NCBI RefSeq assembly: GCF_964355755.1 | Contig: NC_092675.1 | Location: forward strand, 29,298,912-29,362,911 | Direction: 5' to 3' | From: Antedon mediterranea | Taxonomy: Eukaryota > Animalia > Echinodermata | Length of the DNA: 64,000 nucleotides | Shown here: positions 1 through 15,000 of the stretch, piece by piece | How the letters are laid out: each line of letters opens with the position of its first letter | How positions within the stretch are numbered: the first letter of the stretch is position 1 | Program-made: the position numbers and the translations under genes | Notes under the pieces: generated by a model | What the model was told of the DNA's origin: nothing | The model's input: only the letters and a program-made list of their open reading frames with translations | Databases searched by the model: none

Positions 1-3000
1 TCTCACTTTCTGCTGCAGGCTGCCCTGCAAAGATCCTCTTGATTCGAATCAGTTGGATGGTAGGGTTCTTGTGGGCATCTTTGCCACCTTGGATACTGAA
101 CCCTAGGCCTTGGGAGCCTTTTAATAAATCCACTTCAAAGGTATTTTCTGTGTATAAAGTCAGATATTAATATGCAATATCATAAATTACACAAACCAAC
201 AGTGGTGTTGGTAGTCTATGAGTGAGATACCTACCTGTATAGAGTCTACTGCGCCTGGACTATTCCCGTTCAAAGGGTTGTCCATATTGGGAATAATGGC
301 TTATGTAGAGTCTATACAGGTAGGGATCTCACAAAATAGACTATATTAACTTTACACACAATAATTATTTGTGTGTGGTAATGAAAGCATTGTCACTGTA
401 TTCAAATTAAGCTTTTTCATACCAAGTACACACTTCTGTAAAAAAAACCAAGCATTTATTATTATTCAGTGGTCAAATGGTATGACATTCATCCTACCCA
501 CGCAACATCTCAGGTTCAAATCTCACTAGAGACATTATTCATCAACCAAAAAATTAGTAATAGTTCTATTACTTCTATAGTCAATGTCCCATTTCCATTC
601 AAACCATTAAATATGGTACAGAATGTACATTTGTAGCTTTATGTAATTTTTCATTGACCCCTTAGAAATACTTAAGTAAAGCCTGATGTAAGTTGCTTTG
701 ATTTATCTTATATCCCAATGCTTATATTTCAGGATTGATACTACTTACCTGGTGTTACATATGGAAGGTCAGGAAGATGAACTTTGACACCTTCACCAAT
801 AGCTGACCTCATTGTACCAGTCAATGACATGTTGTCCATAATTGAGAAGTCACCAGTTCTGCTCAGAGTCGATGAAGTTGACACCACAGTAGCATTGTTA
901 ACCAATAATGAAGGCTCTTCCATTGCCGATGAGGGGGGTGTGTCTGACCATTCACTTTCGGCCGGACTTGACGGTGGGGACGTGAAAACTAATTCGGGAG
1001 CTGGACTACGAGGAGTCGTGTTAGTGGCTGGTTGGTTTGTAGATAGAACTGTATTGCGACTTACAGACGGTGAACTGATTAACTCCAGTAAGTCTGCTTC
1101 TTGGGTGCTAAGCGCTGGTGACACAACACGACGACGAATATCATCGTCTTGGTTCTCCTCATTACCTCTTGATAGGTCATCTTCACTCTCAGCTTTGTCA
1201 AACTGATTGTCACCTGCTAAGTCTGGGAGGTCAGAGTTCAATGAAAGATCATCTCCAAAATCTTCTATTGTAGGTGTAGAAATACGAGAATCGGAGTCAT
1301 CTTCGTCATCTCTAAGATCTTCTGCAGGAATACCAAATGGTTTCTCTTTCGTACCGGAAGGCAGCACCGTGGCAGAGTACTCATCATTGGTGAAGGCTGG
1401 TGATGACATCTCATCATGGGATAACGTCTGTGGTGACACAACTGTGGAGTTGTTTGGTACTTTAGTAGAGTGGGCTGGAGTGGCATTGTCAGACATTGGT
1501 GATGTTAGACCAGACGTCTGGTGTGATGTCATATCTTCAATGTGTTGTTCTGAACTAGACGTGGCTGCTCCAAGATCTGGTTGCAAGAAATTAAAAGAAA
1601 ACACAATTAATTAGTTGACTAAATTTCCTTGGTTGGTAACATTAACCAAACATGCTACTAGAGTAGATGTAGAAATTTGGTTGTAGTGATGTCATTCAAA
1701 CTTGTATAACTTTGGCAGTAAAGAATAATTGTTGTACAAAGTTATAATTATTATTATTTAAAAAATTAAATATTATCAACATTATATTTCCTTCTCCAAG
1801 GCTGGCTGCTCACTAGCAAAGATCTGCGTTCTGCGTAGCACATATCTTAAAATATGCACCATCCATGTGTGTTTTCTTGTGCATGGAAAAATAAACCAAA
1901 TTAACCATTAAATTTAATTGATATATGGAACATTATCCTTTATAATAGTGTATACGTATATAAATTTAATTTACAAACCTTTGTCTTCAGCAGCCATCTG
2001 TGCGGGTGTCGGCGTAGGAGGAAGTGTAGTAGCGCTAGTTGGTGGTACACCTCGTTCAATTTCTAGGCTTGTAACAGCTGGAGCTTTGCGTAAAGCTTCT
2101 ACAGCCTGCTTGTGCGTCACATTAGTCAGTGGTTCAGTATTTACACTAATCACTCGATCACCTAAAAAGTGAAAACAACATTTTTTTAAGGGTTGGAATT
2201 ACATGTGCCAAGAAACAATTGACAGGAGTTGAGGCTAGATTTTGGAATAGATATTTCACCGATAAAAACAAACAACTATTGGCCCAAACTGAATCTGTCC
2301 ACAAGTCTTTCAGTTTCAGCAAAACATGAATTTGTTCATTATAACTCCTTTCTCCATAGAACAGTTGAATCCCTTCACTTTTTGGGTCCTAAAGTGTCTC
2401 CTTAACAGGGTCTACTGTTTTGTCTCAACCTACCAACTTGTATTTGGCCATCTTGATCTGCTGCCCCAGCCTTAGTGACTGTCTTGATATAGATACCTCC
2501 ATGCTTCACACTGGTGTTAACGCCACCCTAGGGAAAATGAATATAAAACAGTAACATAGGGTAAGCAATGCAATGCAGTCACAATCCCTTTTCCCATTAA
2601 ATATGATGTACATTGTCTTAATAATAATATTAAATATTTATAAAGTGCTGTTTACTGATGTTTCACAGCGCTAAAAAAAAAAATGATTAAAAAGGCGAGA
2701 TTTTAGAAGTGACATAAATTTGCGTTCCTTACAATTAGTAATATAATATGAAATGTTAGGAATTTTAAGAAGGGAGAAAGTGGAATGCTTATAATGCACC
2801 AGATTCTCTATACTGTATCTCCATATAGCCATATCTGTCCAATATCATAGGCAAATTCTGTAATACAGCGTAACATATGTATCACACATGTATAATGTTA
2901 AGGCTACTGTATCATGTTACTGTTAGGTTTATAGCCTATGATACATGCACATGTGATACATATGAAACTGTATTAAATAACTTGCCTATGATACTAGAGA

Positions 3001-6000
3001 AATTATAGATTCAATATCTGATCAATATATGTACAAATTAATTGAGACAGTAACACTTACAGTAACACTGATTCCAAGGCTGTTATTAATCTTCTTCAAT
3101 TTCACATTAAACCTATCCCCAGGCTTCAGATTGTCAGGTAGATCGTCAGTGAATTCACTATCAACATCCTCAGTTGGCACTGCCTCAGTTGAACCTGATG
3201 GCATTGATTGATCACCAGTAGTGGCAGATGGCACCCTTGGGCTGGAAAACTCTTTACCGAGGTCTTTCTCAACTGCCTGAAGAACCACTGGTTTTCGACT
3301 GCGTGGTTCATCAGGAATCATGTCTTCAAAGTCTGTGTTCTCTGGTGTAGTGACTTCATCATGGTCACTCTGAAACTCATCCTCCTCATCACTCCCAAAG
3401 TCAAAGTCATCTTCGCTCATCTCCACACCACCTGTATTATTCAAATCATTTGACCCGTTGACAACCGGTTCTTTTGATAGCGTACCGTTTGTCAATGGTC
3501 CAGGTGGCAGATCGACTGCTGCTGCGCTGTACTGTGATCCGAAGCTCTCTGGTCGTCGTTTTGGTTTGACAGGCGCTAGATGTTTAGTGGAGTCTTTATG
3601 CGTGTTAGCTTGATTGGTGTTATCAATAGCAAGCGTGTTATGGTTTGCAATAGTCGCATATGGCGACTCTTTTGAATGGTCATTAGATGATTCAATGGCA
3701 TGCATGAAATCTGTATAAAGATTCAATATATTTGATAAATGAAAGATATAAAAAATAAACTTGAAATAATGAATGGAATAATGTTTATCACAAATAGCGT
3801 GCGTGACGCATGGTGGGAAGGATTTGGAGCAAACGTCGCGTACGTATGTGATTTGTCAACGTACACGTTGTGATGTTTTCTCCCAAACCCTTCCCATCAC
3901 ACATTGTGCAATGACGTTCCTCATGAAATCAAGATATTTGTGATAAACCTTATGGTGATTGTAATTTGAATGTGTATCTACTGAATGATCATTGTTATGT
4001 AGTGCAATGGACTGTGGAGTTAATGTATGTTGATTTTCATAATCAGGTTGTTAATGCAATAGCAATGTCCTTATATATGCCCAGTATTTATAAATATTTA
4101 TTAAATATTATTATTAACTATATACAAATCAATTTCTATGTTATTGTTAGATTATATAAACATTGAAAAATTACTAAAATTAAGACATATATATGTATAG
4201 TGAACTTAAATCCTCTACTATTATGTTAATAGCCAATTTAGAGAGATGACTGGTAATGGTAAGTGGAAAACCGCATAGATTTTCCCATGTAAAATCTGTA
4301 TCTATCCTGACCGGAAACCACGCGTCCTCTTCACGTTTTGTGTAAATGGTCATAAGGAATAACATAGGCTATATTTTTATTACCGTTACTGCCCGTCGTG
4401 TAAATTGGCATTTAAGAGGATACTTTCCCAGTCTTACAATGATATGCTTTAATACTTCAGCCAACCAAAGTTTCCTGAAGGTTTCCCTTAATAGGTGTTA
4501 AACTGTGTATTATTTTCCGATTAATAGATTATTCATACTATAGTAATGTTAGTTGATAGTATAATATCTAGAGTTATAAGTCTCTCTAATACCAATATGT
4601 GCATATTAATAAATATATTTTGCATCCCACCTGGATCAAGACTTTTTGGTTGTGAGAGTATCATCTTTACAACGTTTCTAGCACTCTGTATCATGTCAAC
4701 AGCTCCTTTATGACTGACGCCCTCTAAGCTTCGATTGTTGATGGATATTATGCGGTCACCAGGTCTGATTTGATCGTTGCGTTCCGCTGGGCTACCTGGT
4801 GTTATGCTTTTGATGAAAACACCAAGATCTAGATTGCGAGAGTTTTCACCTCCAACAATAGTTACTCCTGATGAGAAAAAAAAAACAATTTTAAAGTATT
4901 AATTTATTTGGTATCAGATCATAACCAAAATAAGAAATTAAATAAATAAATCTTAGAAAATAATAATAATTACATACAAACATAAAAGTAGTGAATAAAT
5001 AAGGAAATAAATAAATAAATAAATAAGTAAATAAATAATAAAATAACAAAAAAACAACTTACCAATACCAAGTTCTGGATCTTTTTGTAACTTGACTGTG
5101 ATGATTTCTCGCTCCGGTGTATCCGGCATCGGAAGTTCCTCCAAACGTTGCCGTAAGGAATTGCTTATTGTCTCATTGGGATTCAACCCTGGAGTAAATG
5201 GTGTGTGGAGTTGAGACCTAATACTGGCATCTGTTGTTAACAAACATGTCAATTAATTAACTTAACTTTTTGATATTCTTTTGAAATATTTTTGAAATTC
5301 TTAATTAGCTATATTTTGTGGTCTACAATCTTGATTTGAAATGATTATTATTTCACATATTTTATTCATTTATCCATTAAATATGGTAAAAAAAAAAAAA
5401 TTATGACTATTTCAGCCCAAAGAGCTAAATTGCAGAAATATCAAACAAAAAAAAGTTACAAAAGCGAATACAGACACACAGTATACAAAACACACAGCCT
5501 GGTAACAAAAATGGTTTTTATATTATTAAAATAAAAAAATACAACTAACCTATAACTTTGGCCTGTTGAACGTTGCTGTTCTCAAGAGATCTTTAATAAA
5601 GAAAGACAAAAACAAATTTGAAATACAGTATTTTTTTAAATAATATTAACATATATGGTAATTTAGATATTAATATAAAGCGATTTTTCATATTTTTATT
5701 TTCATTTTTTTTACTAAAATTATTTTTTAAAAATCAGAAAATAGAAATCAATAGACACAATGCTACAAATTTGATTTTATTAATGACAAATGACATTACC
5801 TATCTCTGCTATTATTTTGTTTCTTTCGCTCGCGTCTGATACTATCAATAGTAGCATACGCTGGATCATCAAAATCCATTTCATCATCTTTAACAATCTT
5901 TCCATCGATTTCTTCAAATTCTTGCTGCGGAACAGTACGCCTACTACGCACCTCTCGTACATTTTCATACTGAGCATCTTCTGTGAGACTGTACTCGTGC

Positions 6001-9000
6001 GTAGAATCCTTTTCGTGTTTATCGTAGTTGTTAAGTCGGAATTCACCTTTCGCTCCATTGGTTGGTAGAGACGGTTGCCGTGAGTAACTGTCTCTGAGCG
6101 AGTCTTCATCGAATCCGTCCTCAAAACTGTCCTCGTGGTCTTGAATATTGTAACCAATGGAAACGGACTGAGCTAGGGATCCCGCAAAGGAATCCGTATC
6201 CAAAGGATATTCTGAACAAAATATATATATATCATTTATACTGTACTTTATAAAGCTCTGTCCACACTATCAAACTTTATGTGACAAAAAAAAAATGTGA
6301 TGTGCCCATATATGGACATGATGATGTCATATCACAGGTTTTGCTATTAACAAAATTCAAATCGTCTCAATACAATCCCTTAGCAATCATTGTTTAGTTG
6401 TTTATTATTATGTATACATTTTTTGTATATGTATGTATACTTTTTTTTTCAACTTTTAAAACTTAATTTCATACTTTCTTTTGTGTCTGTAGGATCCCTG
6501 CAATATTGTAACAATGAAAATATTTATATTATTACTGAATAAATGTGAATGAATGAATTGAAAATGTTTTTAACATGCATGATTATAGCTAAGAGTTTAA
6601 TTATCAAAAACTGTACCTTGATGGAACTGTTGAGATGTGTTCAGTTTTTGTCTCATTGCCATCTGAAATTTGTGTTGTTGTTTACTCAACCGTAGTAAAT
6701 ACTGCCCTCTGTAGGAAAACATAAAATGAAACAAATTAAAAAATGTATTTATAGAGATTGAGTCAAATTGATTGATAAATCAATAAATAATTCAATGCTA
6801 TTAGAAATATATACTGCAATAATAAGAATAACCAATTATGATTATGAATAATTAATTAACTGTACAGTGAAAGTACAATGTGTCATAATGGCTTTTATAA
6901 AATAATTGTAAACTTACTTTTTATAATTATCTGTGTAAAGTGTTATTTTATCTGAGGAATCTCTTGCTTCGATCACAAACTTTTTCCGCTGATAACAAAA
7001 TTCATAATTGTATATTAATTTCAATGTATTGTAACATATAAATATAAAAAAAAAAGTATATCATACAAATAATAATGTTTATGAGTGCGATGGTACAAAT
7101 AATTTCATTAGGTGAAAGATGAAATCAATTTCCACGAGGCGAAGCAAGGTACCAAAAAAAGTACTATGACACGATTGTTTAATAGTACATACTATTGCAC
7201 ACCATGTGACTCATAATCATCAAATCAAATGACAGGAATTTATTTAGGTATGTTATAATATCGTATAACAAATGTAAATATTGAAAAAAGTCATCTCCTT
7301 CCCAAAATATTTTTGAAATCAAATTTTCATTTCACCTTCACTAAAAACGAAAATTTGATTTAAAAAATGTAAATATTATTATAAGATTGAATCTAAAATT
7401 GGACAATAAATGAGGGGTTAGATTATTAGTTAGATACTTACATTGAATCCTATTTTTTTAGTCAGATGCCAAGGGTGTCTTTGTACAGGTATTCGCTGTT
7501 TACCCCTCTTGTCATATATAATGACCCCTCTTGTACAGATTCCCACCCACAGAGACAACTCATGTTCTTTCTTGTTCTGTGAAATACGATGGAAATGGAT
7601 TCCAAACTCTGATAACTTCCTTGCTTCCTATTATAACAAAACAAGATAGTAACAATAGATAAATGAATAATTTCATCATCAACAGTTTAACATCAATATA
7701 ACTTTATAGAAAATCATCATCATCTTAAACGCTAATTGTCGTTTTTAGATAACAATTTAAACAATTTAAAACATTTTTTTTGTAATTTTTAAAAACACCA
7801 AACAATTTGAAATGTGTAAATAGATGTAGTCATATTAACAATCTCAATATATCTGTTTTTCCATGATTCCATTTGATATTTTTTAATGTTAAAAAAGAAA
7901 TTCGGCAGAATTTCATGTCACAAAGAGTAGACTGTATATATATATTATTTTAATTTCTAAACATTTGTATTAATTTATCTAAATAGAGAATTTGTCTTTA
8001 ATCTTTATAGTATATAATATTGTTATACACTATATTTAATCAAACAATTAAAACATCAAAATGAGGTAATTTAATTGGCTAACCATGAGAAACTCCAACT
8101 CAGCCTGGTCGTCGATCATTCCTTTGTGAAGCTGATGCATAGTGGGTAGCTTCCTCCTAATCTCGTTCACACCCATAACGCTAATCACGTAGGCTGGCAA
8201 GTAATGTTCAGGTAAAAAGTAGTTCCGTGTTAATGAGGCGGAGTGATTTAAATCTCCCATTTCAGCTTGTAACGCCAACGATGCGAGTTGTAACGCTGCT
8301 TGCTCATCGCACTTTGTTCTTTCTTCTAAAATATCCTTCCGCAGCTGAAGGTAGTACTGGTGTCTGGTATTTATTTGTCTGTCAATTTAAAAAAATGTTT
8401 TTGTTCACCATACAAGTTTCAGAAATGTATTTTAAAGTACTTTTAAGCTTTGTCTACTCTATTAAACTTTATGTGATGTAATGTGCCCAAATATGATAGC
8501 GATATGACATCATCATGTTCATATACGGGCACATCACATTTTTTGTCACATAAAGTTTGATAATGTAGACAGAGATTTAAAATATTAACAAATATACTTT
8601 CAATTGTTATTAATTTAAAAGATATTTGGAAATTGAAACTAATTAATAAGTGATGACTAATACAAAGAGTTTAATACTACAGTATACCTAAGAACACCTG
8701 GATTTTCTACATAGAATTTGACACGAAAGAAAACTGTAAATGATTGGTTTGACATTCGACTCCGCCTTTTTGCCTCCTCCTTCCATGATTGCGGACCTAC
8801 TTTGTGTAATTTTTCCTCAGACTCCAAAAACAAATATTCACCATCTAAGAAAAATATAATTTATATTAACACAGTAGTCCAAATAGTCATTATCATATTA
8901 TAATTACTGTGATTTGATTAATATGTGCCACAGAAGCCCACAACTTGGGTATACACAAACTTGCCAGAAAATGTATAAAGCGCTGTCTACACTATCAAAC

Positions 9001-12000
9001 TTTATATGACAAAAAATGTGATGTGCCCATATATTGACATAATGATGTCATACCACTCCCAAATATGGTGGTGATATGCCTAAATATGGTAGTGATATGA
9101 CATCGTCATGTCCATATATGGGCACTTCACATTTTGTTGTCACATAAAGTTTGATAGTGTAGAAATAGCGTACATAGCAGAAATAAAAATAGTGTTTCAG
9201 TCTAAGAATTAATATAATGCATACATTGAATATCTAGTTTCTGCCACTAGACCACAATCACAAGGCAACTCCATATCTAGTTTCTGCCACTAGACCACAA
9301 TCACAAGGCAACTCCATATCTAGTTTCTGCCACTAGACCACAATCACAAGGCAACTCCATATCTAGTTTCTGCCACTAGACCACAATCACAAGGCAACTC
9401 CATATCTAGTTTCTGCCACTAGACCACAATCACAAGGCAACTCCATAATTTCAATGAATTTCACTTACCACGAATATAACAAAGACCAAAGTAGAAGTGT
9501 TCAATAATATCAAGATGTTTAACAACAAGTTCAAACAGATCCTTTCCCGTTGACCCTAGGTCACACATAAGATCTAACCATCGACCATTCAGTAATACAC
9601 AAGTAACCTTCTTACGATTTGGTGGCAGCTTACCAGAACGACTCTGAAATATTTTAAAAGTAAACGCATTTAGCCAATCAGACATTAAGCTCAAACTAGC
9701 TTGACAACAAAAGTGTGATGTGCCCAAATATGGTAGTGATATTCCCAAATATGGTAGTGATATGAAATCATCATGTCCATATATGGGCACATCACTTTTT
9801 TTTCACATAAAGTTTGACAGTGTAGAAAGAGTTTTATAAGCATAATCAATTAATTTATAAAATGGTGTAGAAATCTGTGAGTATGAGAAAAGGCAACCCC
9901 AACCGAGATTCAAACCTGGAATCTTCTGCTTTTTATACAGAAATCCTGGTTCAAATCTTTAACACTCTCGGCTACCAAAACAAACACATTTTAATTGTAT
10001 TGTAAGCATTATCATGACATGTTGCTATAAACATATAGACAATTTGATAAATTGTGTGTTGTTTAGTATTTCGATCTTTGGTGTAGTGCTATTACTTACC
10101 AATAATGATGGAGCTGCAGACAAGGACACGTTTGTATCATCATGGGCCACTGAAAATTCCGGACCAAAAAACTTCTACAAAACAAAATTTAATAAAGAAA
10201 AAACCAAATTAATATAACTATTAATATCCCTAAATACGACATAAAATAAGACAAAAACTAACCAGTAATTTAACCGTGGAGGTTGATCGTCTGAGTGTTC
10301 GTATATTAGGATTATCTTCATAAACTACGTTGTTATTCTCTTTCTTTTTCTTAACTTTTTTAAACTTTAACATACTGGTGATTTCATTGCCCCAACGCAC
10401 ATGAACGCATGGACATGTTATAAGGAAATATGTGCTTTATGAAACTTATTTGTCTTGTCTTATAAAGACAGTAATACATTAAACTCTATGAAACTGAAAC
10501 CAAACTGTCCTCGACCAATTATTTGTTATGTTTTGCTTTGCTTTGTAAAACTATATTTCTGTTATTATTATTAATTGCTAATTTAACTTTTATTTTTCCT
10601 TTAATTTTATTGTTATGCGCATTGAGTCTTTAACATAACTATATTTCATTTCTATTTATTCAACTGTTTTATTATTAATTGCTAATTTTAAGACAGCTTT
10701 AAAAACTCAAATTTATAATTTGTTATTGTTAATTCACTATAATCCTTATTAGTATTGCTATCATTATTAATAATATAAATTAATTTTATTTCAATCAAGT
10801 TTTACTCCTAATGAGTGAAGCCATCAAATTCTATTCAGACGTCATCTCTACGATTAAGGGAACAACACTTTGAAAGGTTTCGAAGGTGTTCCTTAAGGCT
10901 CTGTCTACACTATCATTATCAAACTAGCTTGACAAAAAAAGTGTGATGTGCCAAAATATGGTAGTGATATGCCATCATCATATCTATATATGGGCACATC
11001 ACATTTTTTTGTCACATCAAGTTTGATATTGTAGACAGAGCTTTAATAATAGCTGTATTCAAAACACATCTTATACTGCTGAAGGAAATAAACACAGTAA
11101 TCATCTATGGTATTATTACAGTAGTGATGACATCATTGCATTCAAAAGTATTATTTATTAACCCAAATGTATTTAGATACCTTTAGTTTTCTCTTGTCTG
11201 GTTTCTGTTTTCCATTCTCTCCGTTCCGTCTACGGATAACATCTGGAGTTGGGCTTCCTTGTTGTCCATTTGCATCGAGATTGTCATTATAATCTGGAAG
11301 TTTTGCATTGCCATGACTACCAAAGGTATTCCCTCTATGCAGGTTTGGATCTGATCCGTAATATGGGAACTGGTCTGGGTGATAACTCCCTTAAAAAAAA
11401 TAATTAAAAAATAATACATAATAGAATATGACCAATCATAATGTCTAATAATTATTATTATTAAATATTATTATTTAATTTCATCTTCAAATTGATATCA
11501 CATATTGTATTCAAATTATTACTATTATTATGTTCTATTGGTTAAATAAATGTTACTAAACTTTAAAAACTTTTAAAATGCTTTTTAAAAAAAAAGAAAT
11601 AAACTTAATGACAAAATTGAACTCAATTTGCTGTGTTTACATAAGATTTTATTTACATTTCAGGGGAAAATTTCATTTTTAAATTTTGTTTAGAAATATT
11701 GCTAATCAAACTGATTTTTGAGTCGAGAAACATAGTTTTGTATTGTATTTTTGCTACACAAATTTAAAAATCTGTAGCAAAAAGGTTGTTTTGTATAGCT
11801 TTTTGCTATGCTACACTGGCAAAATTATTCCCTACATTTACATACAGAAATTGTATTACATTCAATCATATGTTCTTTAATTAATTTTGATAAAGAAGAA
11901 ATTAAAAATATTTACCTTCTTGTGCTGATGGCACAGTAGATGCAATAGATTGGAATGATTTTTGTCTCTTATTCCTCGTTTTCTGATAACCTCTGCCATC

Positions 12001-15000
12001 TTCGTAATCACTTCCTGAAGACTCACCGCCACGATAACTCGATGATGACTGAATGAGATCGGGTGGCATTCCCATCTCACCACGCAAAACACTCAAACGC
12101 TCACGCCTCTCTCGTAATCTTTCATATGCTTGACTGGCTCGGGAATACCTGCTGCTTGTCCTGCTAATATGTGATGGAGGAGATTGAGACAGTCTTTGTG
12201 ACCTTTCACGTGACCTATTCACCATTGGTGACCTGTCACGAGTACGATTTCGAGGTGGTAAATCAGGTGTGCTCGGCGAAAATATATCGGACATGTGATA
12301 AGATTGCGCACCTGTTTCGTCGTAACTTTTAAAGGAATGTTTGTTTCTGGAATGTTTATAGTCGTCATAGGAATCGTATGAATCAATAGTAGTCGTACTG
12401 TAGTTGCCGTGACCGCTAGAGCGTGCATCATGTTTGGAATGTTCTGAATGATAGCTGCGTTGTGATCGAGGGCGCTTTATTGACAATGAATCCAAAGCAT
12501 TGGAATGCTGCCTTGGGTGTTTAGTACCATTAAAACCTATAAGTTAAAATCAAAGGAAAATATACAGTAAAAAATAACACATACCTTTTGTTATAGCAAT
12601 ATAAACTACTTTTTATAAATTTATGAAATAATTAAACATGACACTATAAAAATAAAATAAAAAAATATTTAAAGCACAGCACAACTATTTGAACTAATCT
12701 AAAGCTCTGTCTACACTATCAAACTAGTTTGTGATGTGCCCAATACAAATGGTAGTGATGTGCCCAATACAAATATGGTAGTGATATGCCCAAAAATGGT
12801 AGTGATATGTCCATATATGGGCACATCACATTTTTTTGTCACATAAAGTTTGATAGTGTAGACAGAGCTTTAGTAAACATGAACAGGTTAAAAAAGTTTG
12901 AACCAATAAAAAAAAAACAAGGTAAGTTAAATTTTAATTTAAAAAATGGTGGCAATGTTTCAGGTAGAACATGTCAGAGACAGATAGACGGTTATAACAT
13001 ATATAATATAATAATAACAAAATATTTCATCACTATTTATGCATAATAATTTATTAAAAATATGAAATTATTTTTCTTACTTGGTAATGAAAGATGTTGA
13101 CCTGATTGACCCGATTTGTCTATACTGTTGTCATGACGACCATCTTGAGCATCATAATCAGACAAAGGATTGCTAAGCTGTAAAATTAATTAAACAATAT
13201 TTTTAGTGCTCCAGTATTGTGTTTTGAAATTAACAAAATATTTTGCAGTGTAGCATATGTTTACTACAATAATGAAGTATGAAATGATCAAATAATTTGG
13301 TGAATAATGAACTCTGATATAGTATGAAACCTTCAATGTTCTGCCCTTACAACAAACCTTAGTTAATACTACTAGAGGGTGAGCTCGCTTCGCTCGCTCC
13401 CCCTCTAGGAAGTGTAGACGATGGTTCTCGGAATGATAAAAATGTTCTTCTTGTACGTTTTCTGTCGGTTACCATTATTAAAAATGCTTGACATTCGTAA
13501 AACTAAACTATACTCTGTTTCACAGTGTTTTAGATGATTAATAACATTTTAAAGTATAGTGTTTATTGTTTGGTAGGGCCGGCCCTTTGGGGAGGCGGAG
13601 TTCATTTGAGGGAGGTGCTTATTCGAGGGATATATGTTAATTTTTTTAGTCTTAATAATATGGTAACATTTATAATCAAATGAAATCCTGTAATAGATAT
13701 GAAAAGTGGTAAAAAAGAATAACAAATGCTTGGTAAATTGTAGATAACAGTGCGATGAATTCTACTACAAATAGTATAATTGTGTTATTATAAATGTGTA
13801 TGGACATTTATTAGATAGTTGGGTTTGGGGGGGGGGGGGATTATTATTCAAATGGATGTTTTATTGAAGAGGCATTTATTCAAATAATTCAAATTCAAAT
13901 ACCATCCTAATAATTATTAATACATTATTTAATTTAAACATCTTTTGAAACTGCCGTGACAGAGTGGGCCAAGAAAGAAGACATTACGGCTTGAAACATG
14001 GGCAGACATCTCGGTCCTAACAGGACACAGATAGCCTTTCCTGCCAGCTTACTTAACACTTTCACCGCCAAAGACGGAAATCTCCGTCTTTCAATGCCCA
14101 GCGCCAGACCGCCAAAGACGGACATTTCCGTCTTTGGCTTTTTATTGCACAATTTGTTAGATCAGGTATATATGGACCGCATGTAGAAATTTCAACATCC
14201 AAATCGAAAATATTTTGATACTTTATTAACCCCTAGTGCCATTGACCCCAGCTGGCCTACATCACGTCCTATCTGTAAACAACATAATGTGCTTACTGCG
14301 GATGAAGCAATTGCAGAAATATTTGCCGACTCTGACTCTGAAAATGAGTATTTATTATCCCCAGATGATGAAGGTATATTTGTACCTAAACCTGGTTTAT
14401 AAAATGTAATAAATAATTGGAGGTAATTTAGCTAGTCTGGCCTAGGCTAGTTTGTAGAATAGGTTGAGAATCGTGACACTGACAGACGGTGCAGCCAGGC
14501 TAAAATCCTCATTATCTCTGCTTTGTTCTCCGATTGAGCCTAAAGTGCTAAAAGTGAGCCAAGTTCTTTGTACAATTATGTGGTATTACAGTTTTATTTC
14601 AATAAAGTGTTTGGTACCATTGGAAAGTTTATTTCTATCTCATTATTTGAGTGTATATTGCATGTTATTCTGATTACAAACACCTTTGCTATGAGCTTTG
14701 AAAAACAGGTAAATTTATCTACTTCCTGTATTGAATGCCTGGCGGTGAAAGTGTTAATAAAACTCAGCTATCGGGATTTCACTCGATTTTAAACAAAATG
14801 TCTTATCATCAAATCTCCCTATGTAATTTTATAATACTATTTCCCATAATATATTCCGATTCCTTATGGCATATATTTAATTTGATCTTTATTAATTTGC
14901 AGTATAATTTTTATTTTTTAACTACTGTACCTACACACACGCGCGGTCCGTTCCTAAAATAAACAAAAAACTGAAATGGCTATGCACGGTTTTTTTCTTC

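Noticed and set aside
784-1614. Plus-strand ORFs 784-1206 and 1207-1614 (and 30354-30887)
   Set aside because: Antisense shadows of low-complexity PTPN13 and LARP7 exons, with no independent splice or domain evidence.
6202-6210. ATATCCTTT (U12 donor motif) on the minus strand in PTPN13
   Set aside because: It lies 1 nt inside an exon that splices in frame by GT-AG (codons E-Y-P-L), and no matching branch/AC is needed.
14230-14375. Acidic reading frame as a functional gene
   Set aside because: Short, no clear start, and internal to a deleted piggyBac-like element. Treated as a transposase remnant.
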